Shown piece after piece: positions 17,250-27,283 of a DNA stretch of 57,355 nucleotides. The position numbers were made by a program, and so were the translations under genes. The DNA comes from a virus. Lineage: Duplodnaviria > Caudoviricetes. The stretch is taken from the IMG/VR virus record IMGVR_UViG_3300044648_000391, positions 1 to 57,355 of that record; one strand, 5' to 3'. Within the stretch, counting starts at the first letter, position 1. Each line of letters begins with the position of its first letter. The notes below the pieces were generated by a model, which worked only from the letters and a program-made list of their open reading frames with translations, searched no databases and was not told the DNA's origin.

Positions 17250-18842
17250 ATGGATTACCAGTATACGGATTTACACAAGGAGTTGTTGTTAAGGGAAGAG
17301 GCGGAAGGCTCGCTTTATTCTTTTATGCGTCAAGCCTGGCAAGAAATTGAAAAAGGCACCTCATTTGTTGGGGGGTGGTACTTAGAAGCGCTCTGTGAGC
17401 ATCTAGAAGCCTTATACAGGGGCCAAATTCGAAAGCTCTTGATTAACGTGCCACCCAGAACCACGAAGTCCATTACCTGCTGTGCCATGTTTCCGGCGTG
17501 GATATGGATTAATCAGCCTTCTACACAATTCTTGTGTGTTTCGCACTCTCGAGATTTGGCCGAAGTCTCGTGTATGAAGCATCGGTACATCGTGTCATCG
17601 GAATGGTTCCAGCTAAGGTGGGGGGATAGATTCCAGCTGATGCCGGACCAGAACCAGAAGTCCAAGTTTGCCAATAATAAGAGCGGTATTCGTAATTCTT
17701 TAAGTATTTTGTCGCGATTAACGGGCCATAATGCAAACATACTGATACTAGATGATGCAAATAATGCTATTGAGTCCGATGAGGAACGCGAAAAGAAGAA
17801 TATGCGCTATAGCGCGGTTCTAAGTACCCGGCTCAATAACCCTGACACCGATAAGATACTGGCCGTTGCGCAGCGTACCAATATGAACGATATCTCGGGG
17901 TACATGCTGAACAATGACCCGGATGTCACACACTTAATGCTGCCTTTGGAGTTTGAAAAGGCCCGAAAGTGTAAAACGATTATTCTGCCTTCGACAGCAC
18001 CTAAAAAATGGGAAGACCCTCGCACAGTTGAAAAAGAGCCACTATGCCCTACCAGATTTAACCCTAAAGCTATTGATAACTTAAAGCGCGGATTGGTGTC
18101 GGCTTACTTGATAGCGGGTCAATTGCAGCAACGGCCGGCACCTGCTGAAGGGGGTATGTTTAAGAAATCGTGGTTCCAGTGGTGGAAAAAAGATGTGCCC
18201 CCCAAAGTGTTCCACGTTATCCAATCCTGGGATACGGCGTTTAAGAAAGAAGAGAAGCGTAAATCTAATCAGAAGATATCTTATTCAGTCTGCACCACTT
18301 GGGGACTCTTTGATGATGAGCATGGATTCACAAACCTTATTTTACTGAACATGTGGCGGGAGCGCGTGGAGTACCCAGAGCTTCGAGCTGCTGCTATCAA
18401 GATTGCTGAAGATTATCGCTATAACGGTACCACCGATATTACGGCTGACGGCAAACATACACCGGATATGATTTTAATTGAATCTAAAGCAACCGGTGAC
18501 CCCTTAAACCAAGACCTTCGACGGGCCGGTATCCATACTACCCTGTTTGACCCAAGCCTCTTAGGCGACAAGATACGCAGAGCAAGCCTTATAACCCATG
18601 TGCCGCAATCCGGTAGAATCTGGGTACCCGCAAGGGCACCTTACTATATTCACCTAAAGCCATTTGCGGAAACCTTTGTCGAATGCTGCGCTAACTTCCC
18701 CAATGATGACGAATCCAAAGACGTTGTCGACACCCTGTCCCAAGTCCTTCATAAGCTCCTGAAAGGCAATGTTATTAAGCACCCAAGCGACCCTAAGATA
18801 GTCGAACGTAAGCAAGAGATAGTGCACTATGGTGTTAGGTAA
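17250..18842 (+). CDS. terL: Terminase large subunit
   Basis: LLINVPPRTTKS (Walker A), LILDD (Walker B), QLQQRP, IQSWDTA nuclease motif, FPN...DVVDTLSQ. Confidence 0.93.
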   Translation: MDYQYTDLHKELLLREEAEGSLYSFMRQAWQEIEKGTSFVGGWYLEALCEHLEALYRGQIRKLLINVPPRTTKSITCCAMFPAWIWINQPSTQFLCVSHSRDLAEVSCMKHRYIVSSEWFQLRWGDRFQLMPDQNQKSKFANNKSGIRNSLSILSRLTGHNANILILDDANNAIESDEEREKKNMRYSAVLSTRLNNPDTDKILAVAQRTNMNDISGYMLNNDPDVTHLMLPLEFEKARKCKTIILPSTAPKKWEDPRTVEKEPLCPTRFNPKAIDNLKRGLVSAYLIAGQLQQRPAPAEGGMFKKSWFQWWKKDVPPKVFHVIQSWDTAFKKEEKRKSNQKISYSVCTTWGLFDDEHGFTNLILLNMWRERVEYPELRAAAIKIAEDYRYNGTTDITADGKHTPDMILIESKATGDPLNQDLRRAGIHTTLFDPSLLGDKIRRASLITHVPQSGRIWVPARAPYYIHLKPFAETFVECCANFPNDDESKDVVDTLSQVLHKLLKGNVIKHPSDPKIVERKQEIVHYGVR

Positions 18843-18847
18843 TATGC

Positions 18848-18875
18848 GTCGCTAGGCTTTGGAGAGCCTAGCGAC
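18848..18875. terminator. Perfect 11-bp hairpin after terL
   Basis: GTCGCTAGGCT/AGCCTAGCGAC; no U-tract. Confidence 0.45.
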
Positions 18876-18956
18876 AGTGGATTGGTTGATTGAAAGCTTC
18901 CATCCACCAGCCCGCCGGCTGCCATAATATAACTGAATTCGCTTCAAAGAACTATG

Positions 18957-18985
18957 TTGACATACCACTTTTTATATGTTAGCGT
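18957..18985 (+). promoter_or_regulatory. Putative sigma70 promoter for the portal/head genes
   Basis: TTGACA-17 nt-TAGCGT with extended TG. Confidence 0.5.
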
Positions 18986-19066
18986 TATGGTGCTGCTAAT
19001 TCTTCTCCTAGCTGCAAGGGTAACTATTTTTGATAGTATTCAAACTTGCTAGGATAAATTTCGATA

Positions 19067-21454
19067 ATGCCATTATATTCAAGCGACCCGTACCTGACGG
19101 AACAGGAGCCTCAGTATTTAGAAAATCCAGCCTATTTTGATTTCAATGTAGACCCATTACCGCCTGAATTACAAGATTTCGTCATCGGAGAGGAAGAAGC
19201 GGGTGAGCCTGAAAACTTACCCGCTGATGACGAGGTTTTTGACTTTTACGAGAACTTAGCTGAAAAGCTTGATGATACGACTTTAGACACACTGGCTAAC
19301 CGCTTACTAGAAGAGATTAAGGATGATAGGGCCTCTCGCCGTGATTTAGAAAGGGCTTGGGAGTTAGGGGTTAAGTATCTTGGTTGGAAGGTAGAAGAGT
19401 TCAGCAATATTCCTTTTGCGCGATCATCGGCAGCTTTTGATGACACGATGTCAATCGCGGTTTTAAATGCGCTTGCCTTGATTATGAATGAGTTGTTCCC
19501 CCCAGGGGGTCCGGTCAAGGGTGAGGTTGAAGGTATCCCCACGCAAGAAATGGATGACCGCGCCGACCGGGTTAAAATGTTTATGAACCTCTTTTTAACC
19601 AAGATTGACCAGCCTTATTACGCTAATTCTTATAAGATGATTCTGTACACGGTTATCTTTGGTTCAGCTTTCAGAAAAGTGGTGATGGACCCCATACTCA
19701 AAAGACCATCTCCCCGATTTGTCGCACCACAAAACTTAATCATCAATAATGAATCTTCTTCCCTTTTAGAATCTAGCCGTATCACCCATGAGTTGCCCTT
19801 GACCAAAAAAGAGATATTAATCAGGCAACGCGACGGCATTTATCGTCGTGACACCATACCGGATACGGACGAGAGTGATGATGATGACTCCTCAGTTGAT
19901 AAAACGATTAAGAATTCGGAAGGTATTAAAGATTCTCAGTTAGACAAGAGCAGCTCCTTTAAATTTTATGAATCCCATGTTGACCTTGACCCTTTAGATG
20001 TCAAAGACAACCTTTATGAAGAGGGTGATGACTCAATTAACATTCCAAGGCCCTATATTGTAGAGATTTGCGGCACTACCTCAAAGATAGCCTCTATCCG
20101 TCGCAACTGGGACCAAAATGATAACAACTTCAGACGTAAAGAATGCTTTGTACCTTACACATACACGCCAGGCTTAGGATTATACGGTGTTGGTTTAGCG
20201 CAATTAATGGGTTCTAATGCCATTGCATTGACTGATATTTTACGTCAACAAATTGATGCGGGTACCTTAAAGAATTTCCCAGGGGGATTAATTCAAAAAG
20301 GTTTTAGGATTGAGCAAAACAATAAAGCCATTGGTCCTTCTGAATTCTTGCAAATCGACACGGGGGGCGCGCCATTAAGGGATGCCTTGATGCTGATGCC
20401 ATACAATGAACCTTCTTCTGTCTTGGCACAACTTCGAAATGACCTAAAGAATGATACATTGTCCAGTGCGGGAGCGGCTCAACAAATCTCGCAGATGGCA
20501 ACCGGTAACACTTCAGAAGGTACTATATTGGCACAGATTGAAGTACAAAACCGTGTCCCCTCTGTTGTGCTTCGCTCCTTACATGATTCTTTAGGTTATG
20601 AATTAAGATTATTAAAAGCGCTTTTTGCTGAAAACTTTACAGGCCCTTATCCGTTTAATGTACCGGGTAATAGCTACACCATTACCAAAGAAGATTTTAG
20701 CGATAACATCAATACCATTCCGGTTTCAGACCCTAACATTGTATCGACAAGACAGCGCGTCATTATCAGTGAATTGGTTGTCAGAATGGCAAAAGAAGAG
20801 CCAGGGCTGATTGATAAGCGCGAAGCTTATAGAATGTTATTTGAGTCCTTAAAAATAGACAACATTAAGAAATTAATGCCTGAGCCGCAAGAGATTATGC
20901 CGCTTGACCCTGTCAGTGAAAACATGAACATGATAAACGGTAAGGGTGCAAAAGCGAGCATTGAACAAAACCATGAAGCCCATATTATGGCACACAGTCA
21001 GATTGCACAGATGATAGGCCAAGACCAGGCTAAGATGGCTTTATTGCAAGCACATTTAAGCGAACATCAAGCATTAATGTATTTAGTACAAATTCAGCAA
21101 ATGATGGGTATGCAAATGCCGGATGCACAAATGCTGCAAAACCCAGAAGTACAAAACCAAATTGCGATGATGGCAGCAAAAGCGGCTCAAGAAGCCCAAC
21201 AGCAACAGCAAGCACAGAATCCGCCACCATTAGATCCCAACATGGTGATGTTAAAAGATATTGAGCAAAGACGCGAGGAATCGCTATTGAAACATGAGGA
21301 CGCTCAGCTGAAAGCCGAGACTGAAGCTTATAAAGCTCAGACGAAGTTTGAAAGCGATAAACTTAAAATGGAAGTTGAGAGAGAGCTGGCAAAAGATAAA
21401 AACGAAGTAAGTTTGGAAATTGCTAGTATGAAACAACCCAATAAATCGGAGTAG
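19067..21454 (+). CDS. Portal protein (P22-like, long Q-rich C-terminus)
   Basis: Follows terL; 795 aa; FYENLAE, GSAFRKV, PGLGLYGVGL, IDAGTLKNFPGG. Confidence 0.85.
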   Translation: MPLYSSDPYLTEQEPQYLENPAYFDFNVDPLPPELQDFVIGEEEAGEPENLPADDEVFDFYENLAEKLDDTTLDTLANRLLEEIKDDRASRRDLERAWELGVKYLGWKVEEFSNIPFARSSAAFDDTMSIAVLNALALIMNELFPPGGPVKGEVEGIPTQEMDDRADRVKMFMNLFLTKIDQPYYANSYKMILYTVIFGSAFRKVVMDPILKRPSPRFVAPQNLIINNESSSLLESSRITHELPLTKKEILIRQRDGIYRRDTIPDTDESDDDDSSVDKTIKNSEGIKDSQLDKSSSFKFYESHVDLDPLDVKDNLYEEGDDSINIPRPYIVEICGTTSKIASIRRNWDQNDNNFRRKECFVPYTYTPGLGLYGVGLAQLMGSNAIALTDILRQQIDAGTLKNFPGGLIQKGFRIEQNNKAIGPSEFLQIDTGGAPLRDALMLMPYNEPSSVLAQLRNDLKNDTLSSAGAAQQISQMATGNTSEGTILAQIEVQNRVPSVVLRSLHDSLGYELRLLKALFAENFTGPYPFNVPGNSYTITKEDFSDNINTIPVSDPNIVSTRQRVIISELVVRMAKEEPGLIDKREAYRMLFESLKIDNIKKLMPEPQEIMPLDPVSENMNMINGKGAKASIEQNHEAHIMAHSQIAQMIGQDQAKMALLQAHLSEHQALMYLVQIQQMMGMQMPDAQMLQNPEVQNQIAMMAAKAAQEAQQQQQAQNPPPLDPNMVMLKDIEQRREESLLKHEDAQLKAETEAYKAQTKFESDKLKMEVERELAKDKNEVSLEIASMKQPNKSE

Positions 21455-21457
21455 GTC

Positions 21458-22033
21458 ATGTATTGTAAACATCATGAAAATAGACGACAAAATGCCAGTA
21501 AATTATTCGGTATCAAACACGTTCATAAAAACGGTGGCGGTGATTTAGATGGTCCTCGTGTTCGAAAAAACTATGGGGGTATATTAGATGCTTCCCAGGG
21601 TCAACCAGCGGTTAGAGATGCTAATAGAATGCTCATGGGTTCTGCACAAAGTATGGGCCTTAAAAGAGGCGGTCACGCTCACTTAAGCAGCCATAAAAGA
21701 GAAATGCGTAAATTACATGATACGCATAGCATGAAAGGTTTTAACCACAATTTCGAGTCACGTTCACACGGCAGTGATGCCAAGGTGAAACGATTAGCAT
21801 CCCGTGCGCCGCATTCTAATGTAAAGGAAATGGGGATGAAAGCGATGTCTAAAGACCACTTTGATTTTGGCCGCGAAAAAAGCAAGGTTGAAAGACGTGC
21901 GCGCTTTAAAGAAGAGCCGAGAGCTAAATTTGCAGTTGGCGGGGCGGGTAAAATTCGGTTAGGACAAATGACATTGAGCGGTAAACCTATTCCGCCACCA
22001 GGGAAAAGACATGGTTCTAGAAAGTTTCATTAA
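21458..22033 (+). CDS. Basic head-region protein with repeated GG motifs
   Basis: HKNGG, KNYGG, LKRGG, FAVGG. Confidence 0.6.
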   Translation: MYCKHHENRRQNASKLFGIKHVHKNGGGDLDGPRVRKNYGGILDASQGQPAVRDANRMLMGSAQSMGLKRGGHAHLSSHKREMRKLHDTHSMKGFNHNFESRSHGSDAKVKRLASRAPHSNVKEMGMKAMSKDHFDFGREKSKVERRARFKEEPRAKFAVGGAGKIRLGQMTLSGKPIPPPGKRHGSRKFH

Positions 22034-22244
22034 GCATTATCTCGATAGATTAAGAGATAAACAGAATCTTTATAAAGACCGGTTTTTTAATGGAAATATA
22101 AAAAACTGGGAAGATTATAAAGAAACCAATGCAAAGCTTTTTGGTTTAAAAGAGGCAGAGGAAATGGCGCTGTCTCTTTATGATTCTATGGTTAACAAAG
22201 TAGATTTCAAGGAGAGAAAGATTGAAGAACCGGAGCGTTACTAG
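22011..22244 (+). CDS. Hypothetical head-operon protein
   Basis: 77 aa, in operon. Confidence 0.65.
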   Translation: MVLESFIKHYLDRLRDKQNLYKDRFFNGNIKNWEDYKETNAKLFGLKEAEEMALSLYDSMVNKVDFKERKIEEPERY

Positions 22245-22668
22245 TTATATCGAAGATTTTGAAGAAATTGATGCAAAAAAAATTGTCGAGGAAAGTTTAG
22301 GCTTTCCCGCCATGAAGGCTTTTAGTAAAAAGTTGGTTGTTAAAATTTACGTCAGACCGGATGAAATCTCAACAGTTACAACCAATGACGGCAAAAAAAT
22401 TAGTCTTTACATGCCAGAAACAATCTCCGCACATGATAAATACCGAAGCTGCATAGCGCTCGTGATGGATGTTGCCAAGGATTGTTACATGGGCGAAAAA
22501 TATCAAGATTCCGGCCCTTATTGCAAAGTGGGGGACTGGGTTGTGATACCAAGGAACGTTGGGGTTCAAGAAAACTATAGAGGGGTTCCCGTACAAATCA
22601 TACCGGAAAACGCGGTCTATGCGGTTATTGAATGTCCAACACATATAGAACGTTTATTCAAGGAGTAA
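22222..22668 (+). CDS. GroES-like co-chaperonin 1
   Basis: GPYCKVGDWVVIPR...IIPENAVYAVIE. Confidence 0.7.
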   Translation: MKNRSVTSYIEDFEEIDAKKIVEESLGFPAMKAFSKKLVVKIYVRPDEISTVTTNDGKKISLYMPETISAHDKYRSCIALVMDVAKDCYMGEKYQDSGPYCKVGDWVVIPRNVGVQENYRGVPVQIIPENAVYAVIECPTHIERLFKE

Positions 22669-22671
22669 TGA

Positions 22672-23142
22672 ATGGAGTCATTAGCGAAAAAAATGGGCAT
22701 AGAGATGTCAGTCTTGAAAGAAGCAGAAGCAATGGTGTTACCCATTAGTAACTTGCACGCACCAGCACCAATACCCGAACCTTCAAAAGAATTTTGGGAC
22801 TTTGAAAAAGAGGGTGGTATAGAGCCGCCGCGCGTGGTCGGTGAACATATGGCTTTAGAAGTTTATTGGCCAAAATCCACTTCTGGCGGAATAGAACTAG
22901 CCGGTATGACACAGCAAATCTCAAAGTTTTCAAGTGTTGTCGGTAAAGTGATTAAGCTTGGCAGTGGTGCTTATAAAGGAGAGCGGTTCCAACACTGGAC
23001 GGACCTTCCGAAAGTCGGTGACTGGGTCACATTTAAACCAAACTCAGGCGATATTTTTGCTTTTAGAGGCGTGCCAATCACCATCATTTATGATGACAAG
23101 GTAACCTCTATTATTGAAAAACCTGAATACGTAGAGCGATAA
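22672..23142 (+). CDS. GroES-like co-chaperonin 2
   Basis: STSGGIEL mobile loop, GKVIKLGSG, KVGDWVTF, IIYDDKV. Confidence 0.8.
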   Translation: MESLAKKMGIEMSVLKEAEAMVLPISNLHAPAPIPEPSKEFWDFEKEGGIEPPRVVGEHMALEVYWPKSTSGGIELAGMTQQISKFSSVVGKVIKLGSGAYKGERFQHWTDLPKVGDWVTFKPNSGDIFAFRGVPITIIYDDKVTSIIEKPEYVER

Positions 23143-23155
23143 AGGAGTATATTAA

Positions 23156-24193
23156 ATGCAAGATGAAGATAAATTACAAGACGTTGATTCAGGTGTCCCA
23201 GAAGACGAGTATGAGGATTCAGACGAGCATCAAGAGGACGAAGGTGAGCCGGAAGGTGATGCACCTGAACCAGAAGATGACGGTGAACCCGAAGGTGATG
23301 AGTCTCAATTTGACGAGGAAGAGAAACGTCAGAAACCAGACAAACGGGAAGCTGACCCAACAGAGCCTAAGAAGCGCGATAAAGCGCAGACACGTATTAA
23401 TCAAATTAATCGTGAAAAGTATCGAGCACTGCATGAGCTTGAGCAGGCTCGCGCTAAAATAGCGCAACTCGAGGAACAAACAAAGGTTGCCGTTGAGGCA
23501 GGTGCACGCCAATACGAAAGCAATGTCAGCTCTCGCCTTGAAAGAGCGCGCGCAGCACAAATTGCAGCCATTGAGTCAGGAGATGCAGAAGCACAAGCCA
23601 ATGCTAATCTTGAATTAGCAGCAGCTGCAAATGAGTATCACGAGCTTAATAGTTGGAAGCGGCAATATGAGCAGGTTAAAGCCAGTCAGCCGCAACAAGA
23701 ACCCGATTATTACGCGCCGCCACCCCCAGAGCATAATGCAGACATTCTGCAAGATTGGATGGATGACAATGATTGGTTTAATCCACAAAGCCAAAGCTTT
23801 GATCAAGAGTTGTCAACGTATATCAATTATTGTGCCAATGAAATAGACAAAGGACTTATTCAACAAGGTCATCGGGATAAAATCCGAAACTCTGATTATT
23901 TTGCTTGGATTGATAAATTGAAAGACGATTACATTCACCAAAAGAGACAAATGCAACAACAAAATAATCCAACCCAAAGGAGGGAGTTAAACATGAGAGT
24001 TGATAGAGGCCGAGGACCGGCACCCGTACGAGGCGGCAATGCTAGCTATGGCAGTCAGCGAAGAAATGATAGTTCAGACCTGTCAGCCGCAGAAAGAGAA
24101 ATTGCAGCACTCTGCCGCGTATCGCCAGAGGCTTATCGTAAACAAAAGTTGTATGACCAAAGAGAAAATGCCCATAAACGAGGAGGATATTAA
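23156..24193 (+). CDS. Probable scaffolding protein
   Basis: Acidic N-terminus, coiled coil, W..N.WF, C-terminal LSAAEREIA...VSPEAY; upstream of the capsid gene. Confidence 0.7.
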   Translation: MQDEDKLQDVDSGVPEDEYEDSDEHQEDEGEPEGDAPEPEDDGEPEGDESQFDEEEKRQKPDKREADPTEPKKRDKAQTRINQINREKYRALHELEQARAKIAQLEEQTKVAVEAGARQYESNVSSRLERARAAQIAAIESGDAEAQANANLELAAAANEYHELNSWKRQYEQVKASQPQQEPDYYAPPPPEHNADILQDWMDDNDWFNPQSQSFDQELSTYINYCANEIDKGLIQQGHRDKIRNSDYFAWIDKLKDDYIHQKRQMQQQNNPTQRRELNMRVDRGRGPAPVRGGNASYGSQRRNDSSDLSAAEREIAALCRVSPEAYRKQKLYDQRENAHKRGGY

Positions 24194-24195
24194 TC

Positions 24196-24699
24196 ATGGC
24201 AAATAAAAGAGCCAACCGGATGGCAGAAACCCGCGAATCAGAAGACAGAGATGCTATTGAGCGCGCTATTCTAGATATGGATTATCGGGACAGTATGTAT
24301 ATCCCGCCAAACTTAGCCCCAGAAGGCTGGGTCTACAAATGGGGTAATTACAGCATCTTTGGTGAACCACTGCCCCAAAACATGATGAAACTAAGACGTA
24401 AAGGCTGGACACCCGTTCCCGCTGACCGTCACCCTGAGTTTGCGTTTGAGATATTCGGTAACAGCGACCCTAACATGCGCGGCTTCATCTATCGTAGCGG
24501 CTCCGTCTTAATCGAAAGACGTAAAGAATACGAAGACATGGAGAACCGTGAGATAGAGCGCGTCAATACTGAGGCTCTATTAAACATGCCAGGAGCAGAG
24601 TCCTTTACCGGCGTGCCCGGTTTACCGGTTAGAGATAACTCGGAAGCCTATGCCGCACATCATGTCCTCAATCCCAAAAGCGCTGCCTTTGGAAGATGA
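24196..24699 (+). CDS. Head-region protein
   Basis: PEGWVYKW, RKGWTPVPADRHPE. Confidence 0.7.
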   Translation: MANKRANRMAETRESEDRDAIERAILDMDYRDSMYIPPNLAPEGWVYKWGNYSIFGEPLPQNMMKLRRKGWTPVPADRHPEFAFEIFGNSDPNMRGFIYRSGSVLIERRKEYEDMENREIERVNTEALLNMPGAESFTGVPGLPVRDNSEAYAAHHVLNPKSAAFGR

Positions 24700-24700
24700 C

Positions 24701-24966
24701 TTGCAGTTTGAAAAAAAGTTGTGTACTATATACAAATTAGTGTATAGTGCATGGTATGCGTGGGTTAGATACCCCCCTTTGATGCTCCTAGACATTATCT
24801 GACTCACGCAACCGAGAGAGCCAAACTCGATAAAAGGGCTGACGCGAGAGCGTCCACCGGAAGATAAGCAGGCGGACCTGAGCCATAGTTTCTTCTCGTT
24901 AATCATTGAAAACGGTCGGTAGTCAATACCTATTTTTTTTAACAAAGATTAACTTGGAGATGATTT
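24701..24966 (+). promoter_or_regulatory. Internal promoter and structured leader of the capsid genes
   Basis: TTGCAG-17-TACTAT overlapping an inverted repeat; 15-bp stem TGCGTGGGTTAGATA/TATCTGACTCACGCA; GACGC-GAGA-GCGTC. Confidence 0.55.
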
Positions 24967-25641
24967 ATGTCTTACGGTACCGATGCGGCCCAAGGGTTTG
25001 TGGAAAGAATTCCTTTGACGGGCGCAACCTGGAATACGGCTACGACCGTTTATCCTATCAAATCTGGCTATGCTACAGCCATTTATACTGGCGACCCTGT
25101 ACAACCCTTAAATGACGGCACGATTGGTCGTGCTGTGCCCAGTGTTTCCGCTGCTGGCAATTTAGGTGTTATAGGTGTTTTTAAAGGCGTTATTTATACA
25201 GACGCAACTAATGTAAAACAATTCTTAGCTTACTGGCCTGCTGCAACTGCGACTTTAGGTCTTGTAGATGCTGAGGCTTATGTGATTGACGATCCGAATG
25301 TTGAGTTTGACATTCAGGCTGGCACAAGTAATGCAGGTGCGCATACAGCAACGATTAACCAAACCGACATTAATTTAAATGCAGATTTTGCTTATGACGC
25401 TGTAACGGCTGGTTCTACCCGAAGCGGTATTTCGAGAACCTATTTAAATATGGCAACGGCTGCGACAACTGCGACTTTGAACTGCCGAATCCTGCGATTA
25501 ACCCCTGTTGCTGATGGCGCACCTGGCGGTACTAACCCTGCCGGGCTTCCACATAACACATTTGGAACGCTTTACAACAACGCAATCGTCACATTTAACA
25601 ACCATGTCCTTAAAGGTGGACAAGGTACAGCCGGCGTTTAA
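24967..25641 (+). CDS. Probable capsid decoration/minor head protein
   Basis: Directly before the capsid gene; IYTGDPV, GVFKGV, VIDDPNVEF. Confidence 0.7.
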   Translation: MSYGTDAAQGFVERIPLTGATWNTATTVYPIKSGYATAIYTGDPVQPLNDGTIGRAVPSVSAAGNLGVIGVFKGVIYTDATNVKQFLAYWPAATATLGLVDAEAYVIDDPNVEFDIQAGTSNAGAHTATINQTDINLNADFAYDAVTAGSTRSGISRTYLNMATAATTATLNCRILRLTPVADGAPGGTNPAGLPHNTFGTLYNNAIVTFNNHVLKGGQGTAGV

Positions 25642-25653
25642 GGAGAGAATTAA

Positions 25654-26553
25654 ATGGCTACCAATATTACCCAAATTAGAAACTTACTGGTTCCTGGCGT
25701 TCGCGCTGTTTTCGGGGACTACATGACTTACCCAGACCAATGGCGTGAAATCTATGAAGTTCATAGCTCGGATAAAGCGCAAGAAATCGAAGTCGAAATG
25801 AGAATGTTTGGCTTGGCTCAAATTCGTGCAGAAGGCGCACCCAGTGCTGTCGACACCGGATTTGGTCAACGTAACGTTATCACCTACTACCACCGCTATG
25901 TTTCATTAGCATTTGCCATCACAAGACAGGCTATTAAAGATAATCTTTATAAGACCAAGTTCCCCATGATGATTAATGCATTGAAAAAATCCATGGCTGA
26001 TACCAAAAACATCTTAGGTGCTGCGGTATTAAATGGTGGATTTACGACTTATCTGACAGGTGATGGTGTTACTTTATTTAACACAGCTCACCCGATTGAT
26101 GGTGGTACGGTCTCAAATAGATCTTCTGTTGATTCCGAACTAAACGAAGCCTCATTAGAGACAGCGATTATCGGTGTGCAACGATTCAAAACCCAATCTG
26201 GTATTTTGTGTCAAACAAAAGCTGAAAAATTAATCGTTTCTCCTGAAGCCCAATTTGTTGCAGCGCGTTTGTGTTATTCACCCTACCGTCCAGGTACGGC
26301 TAATAACGACATCAATGCAACGAACTATCTATCGTCTGTACCGCAAGGTTATCGCATCAATCAATACTTGAACACGGCTGCTTGGTTCATGTTAACCAAT
26401 GCACCTGAAGGCTTTAAGCATTATGTGCGTGAACCTATCGAAACAGATATCGATACGGACTTCTTAACCGATAACTTGATGTGTAAAGCAATTGAACGTT
26501 ATTCGTTTGGTGTGTCCAATTTTCGTGCTGCATGGGGCAACAAAGGCGTTTAA
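25654..26553 (+). CDS. Major capsid protein
   Basis: 299 aa; LVPGVRAVFG, AFAITRQAIKDNLY, GDGVTLFNTAHP, ERYSFG. Confidence 0.88.
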   Translation: MATNITQIRNLLVPGVRAVFGDYMTYPDQWREIYEVHSSDKAQEIEVEMRMFGLAQIRAEGAPSAVDTGFGQRNVITYYHRYVSLAFAITRQAIKDNLYKTKFPMMINALKKSMADTKNILGAAVLNGGFTTYLTGDGVTLFNTAHPIDGGTVSNRSSVDSELNEASLETAIIGVQRFKTQSGILCQTKAEKLIVSPEAQFVAARLCYSPYRPGTANNDINATNYLSSVPQGYRINQYLNTAAWFMLTNAPEGFKHYVREPIETDIDTDFLTDNLMCKAIERYSFGVSNFRAAWGNKGV

Positions 26554-26569
26554 TTCTTAGGAGAAATAT

Positions 26570-27256
26570 ATGGCGACTTATATCCCAACCGGTTTCCTAA
26601 GCATATTAATCGGTGACACGGGCACAAATGATGCAACACCATCACCTACGAAAGTTGGAACGGAATTAAGCAGCTCTATTTTGGAGCTGCAATCCACCAC
26701 GCGCGCACTAACGTTAACACGTATGACGACAGCACAAAGAAATGCTATCGCTTATCCGTTAGACGGCATGGTGACGTACGACAGTGATTTTAACGATACG
26801 TTTACCCGAAAAAATGGTGCTTGGGTGCAATCAAGCCCTGTAAGTGGTGTTTTTTATACAAGCGTTACCTTATCGGCTGCGCAAGTTAGAGCCATGCGTG
26901 GTGCCGGAGTTTTAATTCTTGCAGCACCCGGTGTGGGCCTTGCATACGTTATTCACGGGTATCGTCTCAACTACGTTCGAGGAGATGCTTCATTTGCTGA
27001 TGGCGGTAACATTTATCTGGAATATGGGGCGGCAGGTGGCGGAACAGCTATTACAGGCACTATCACCGCTGCGACATTACAAGCAGGTGCAAGCTCAAGC
27101 GGTTTTGCATCAGGTGGTTTTAGTGATATTGCATTAACTAATGCTTCAAATCAAGTTGTTTCCATCACCAATGCAACAGGCGCCTTCACGTCGGGCGGCA
27201 CTTCAACGGTTAATGTGCAAGTTTGGTACTCAACAGTTTCAACGTTGCCAGCCTAG
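26570..27256 (+). CDS. Virion fibre/decoration protein
   Basis: LELQST..LTRMTTAQRNAI..GMVTYD module shared with 30233..33442. Confidence 0.6.
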   Translation: MATYIPTGFLSILIGDTGTNDATPSPTKVGTELSSSILELQSTTRALTLTRMTTAQRNAIAYPLDGMVTYDSDFNDTFTRKNGAWVQSSPVSGVFYTSVTLSAAQVRAMRGAGVLILAAPGVGLAYVIHGYRLNYVRGDASFADGGNIYLEYGAAGGGTAITGTITAATLQAGASSSGFASGGFSDIALTNASNQVVSITNATGAFTSGGTSTVNVQVWYSTVSTLPA

Positions 27257-27283
27257 TTAATTTTTAAATTTAAGGAGGATGAA

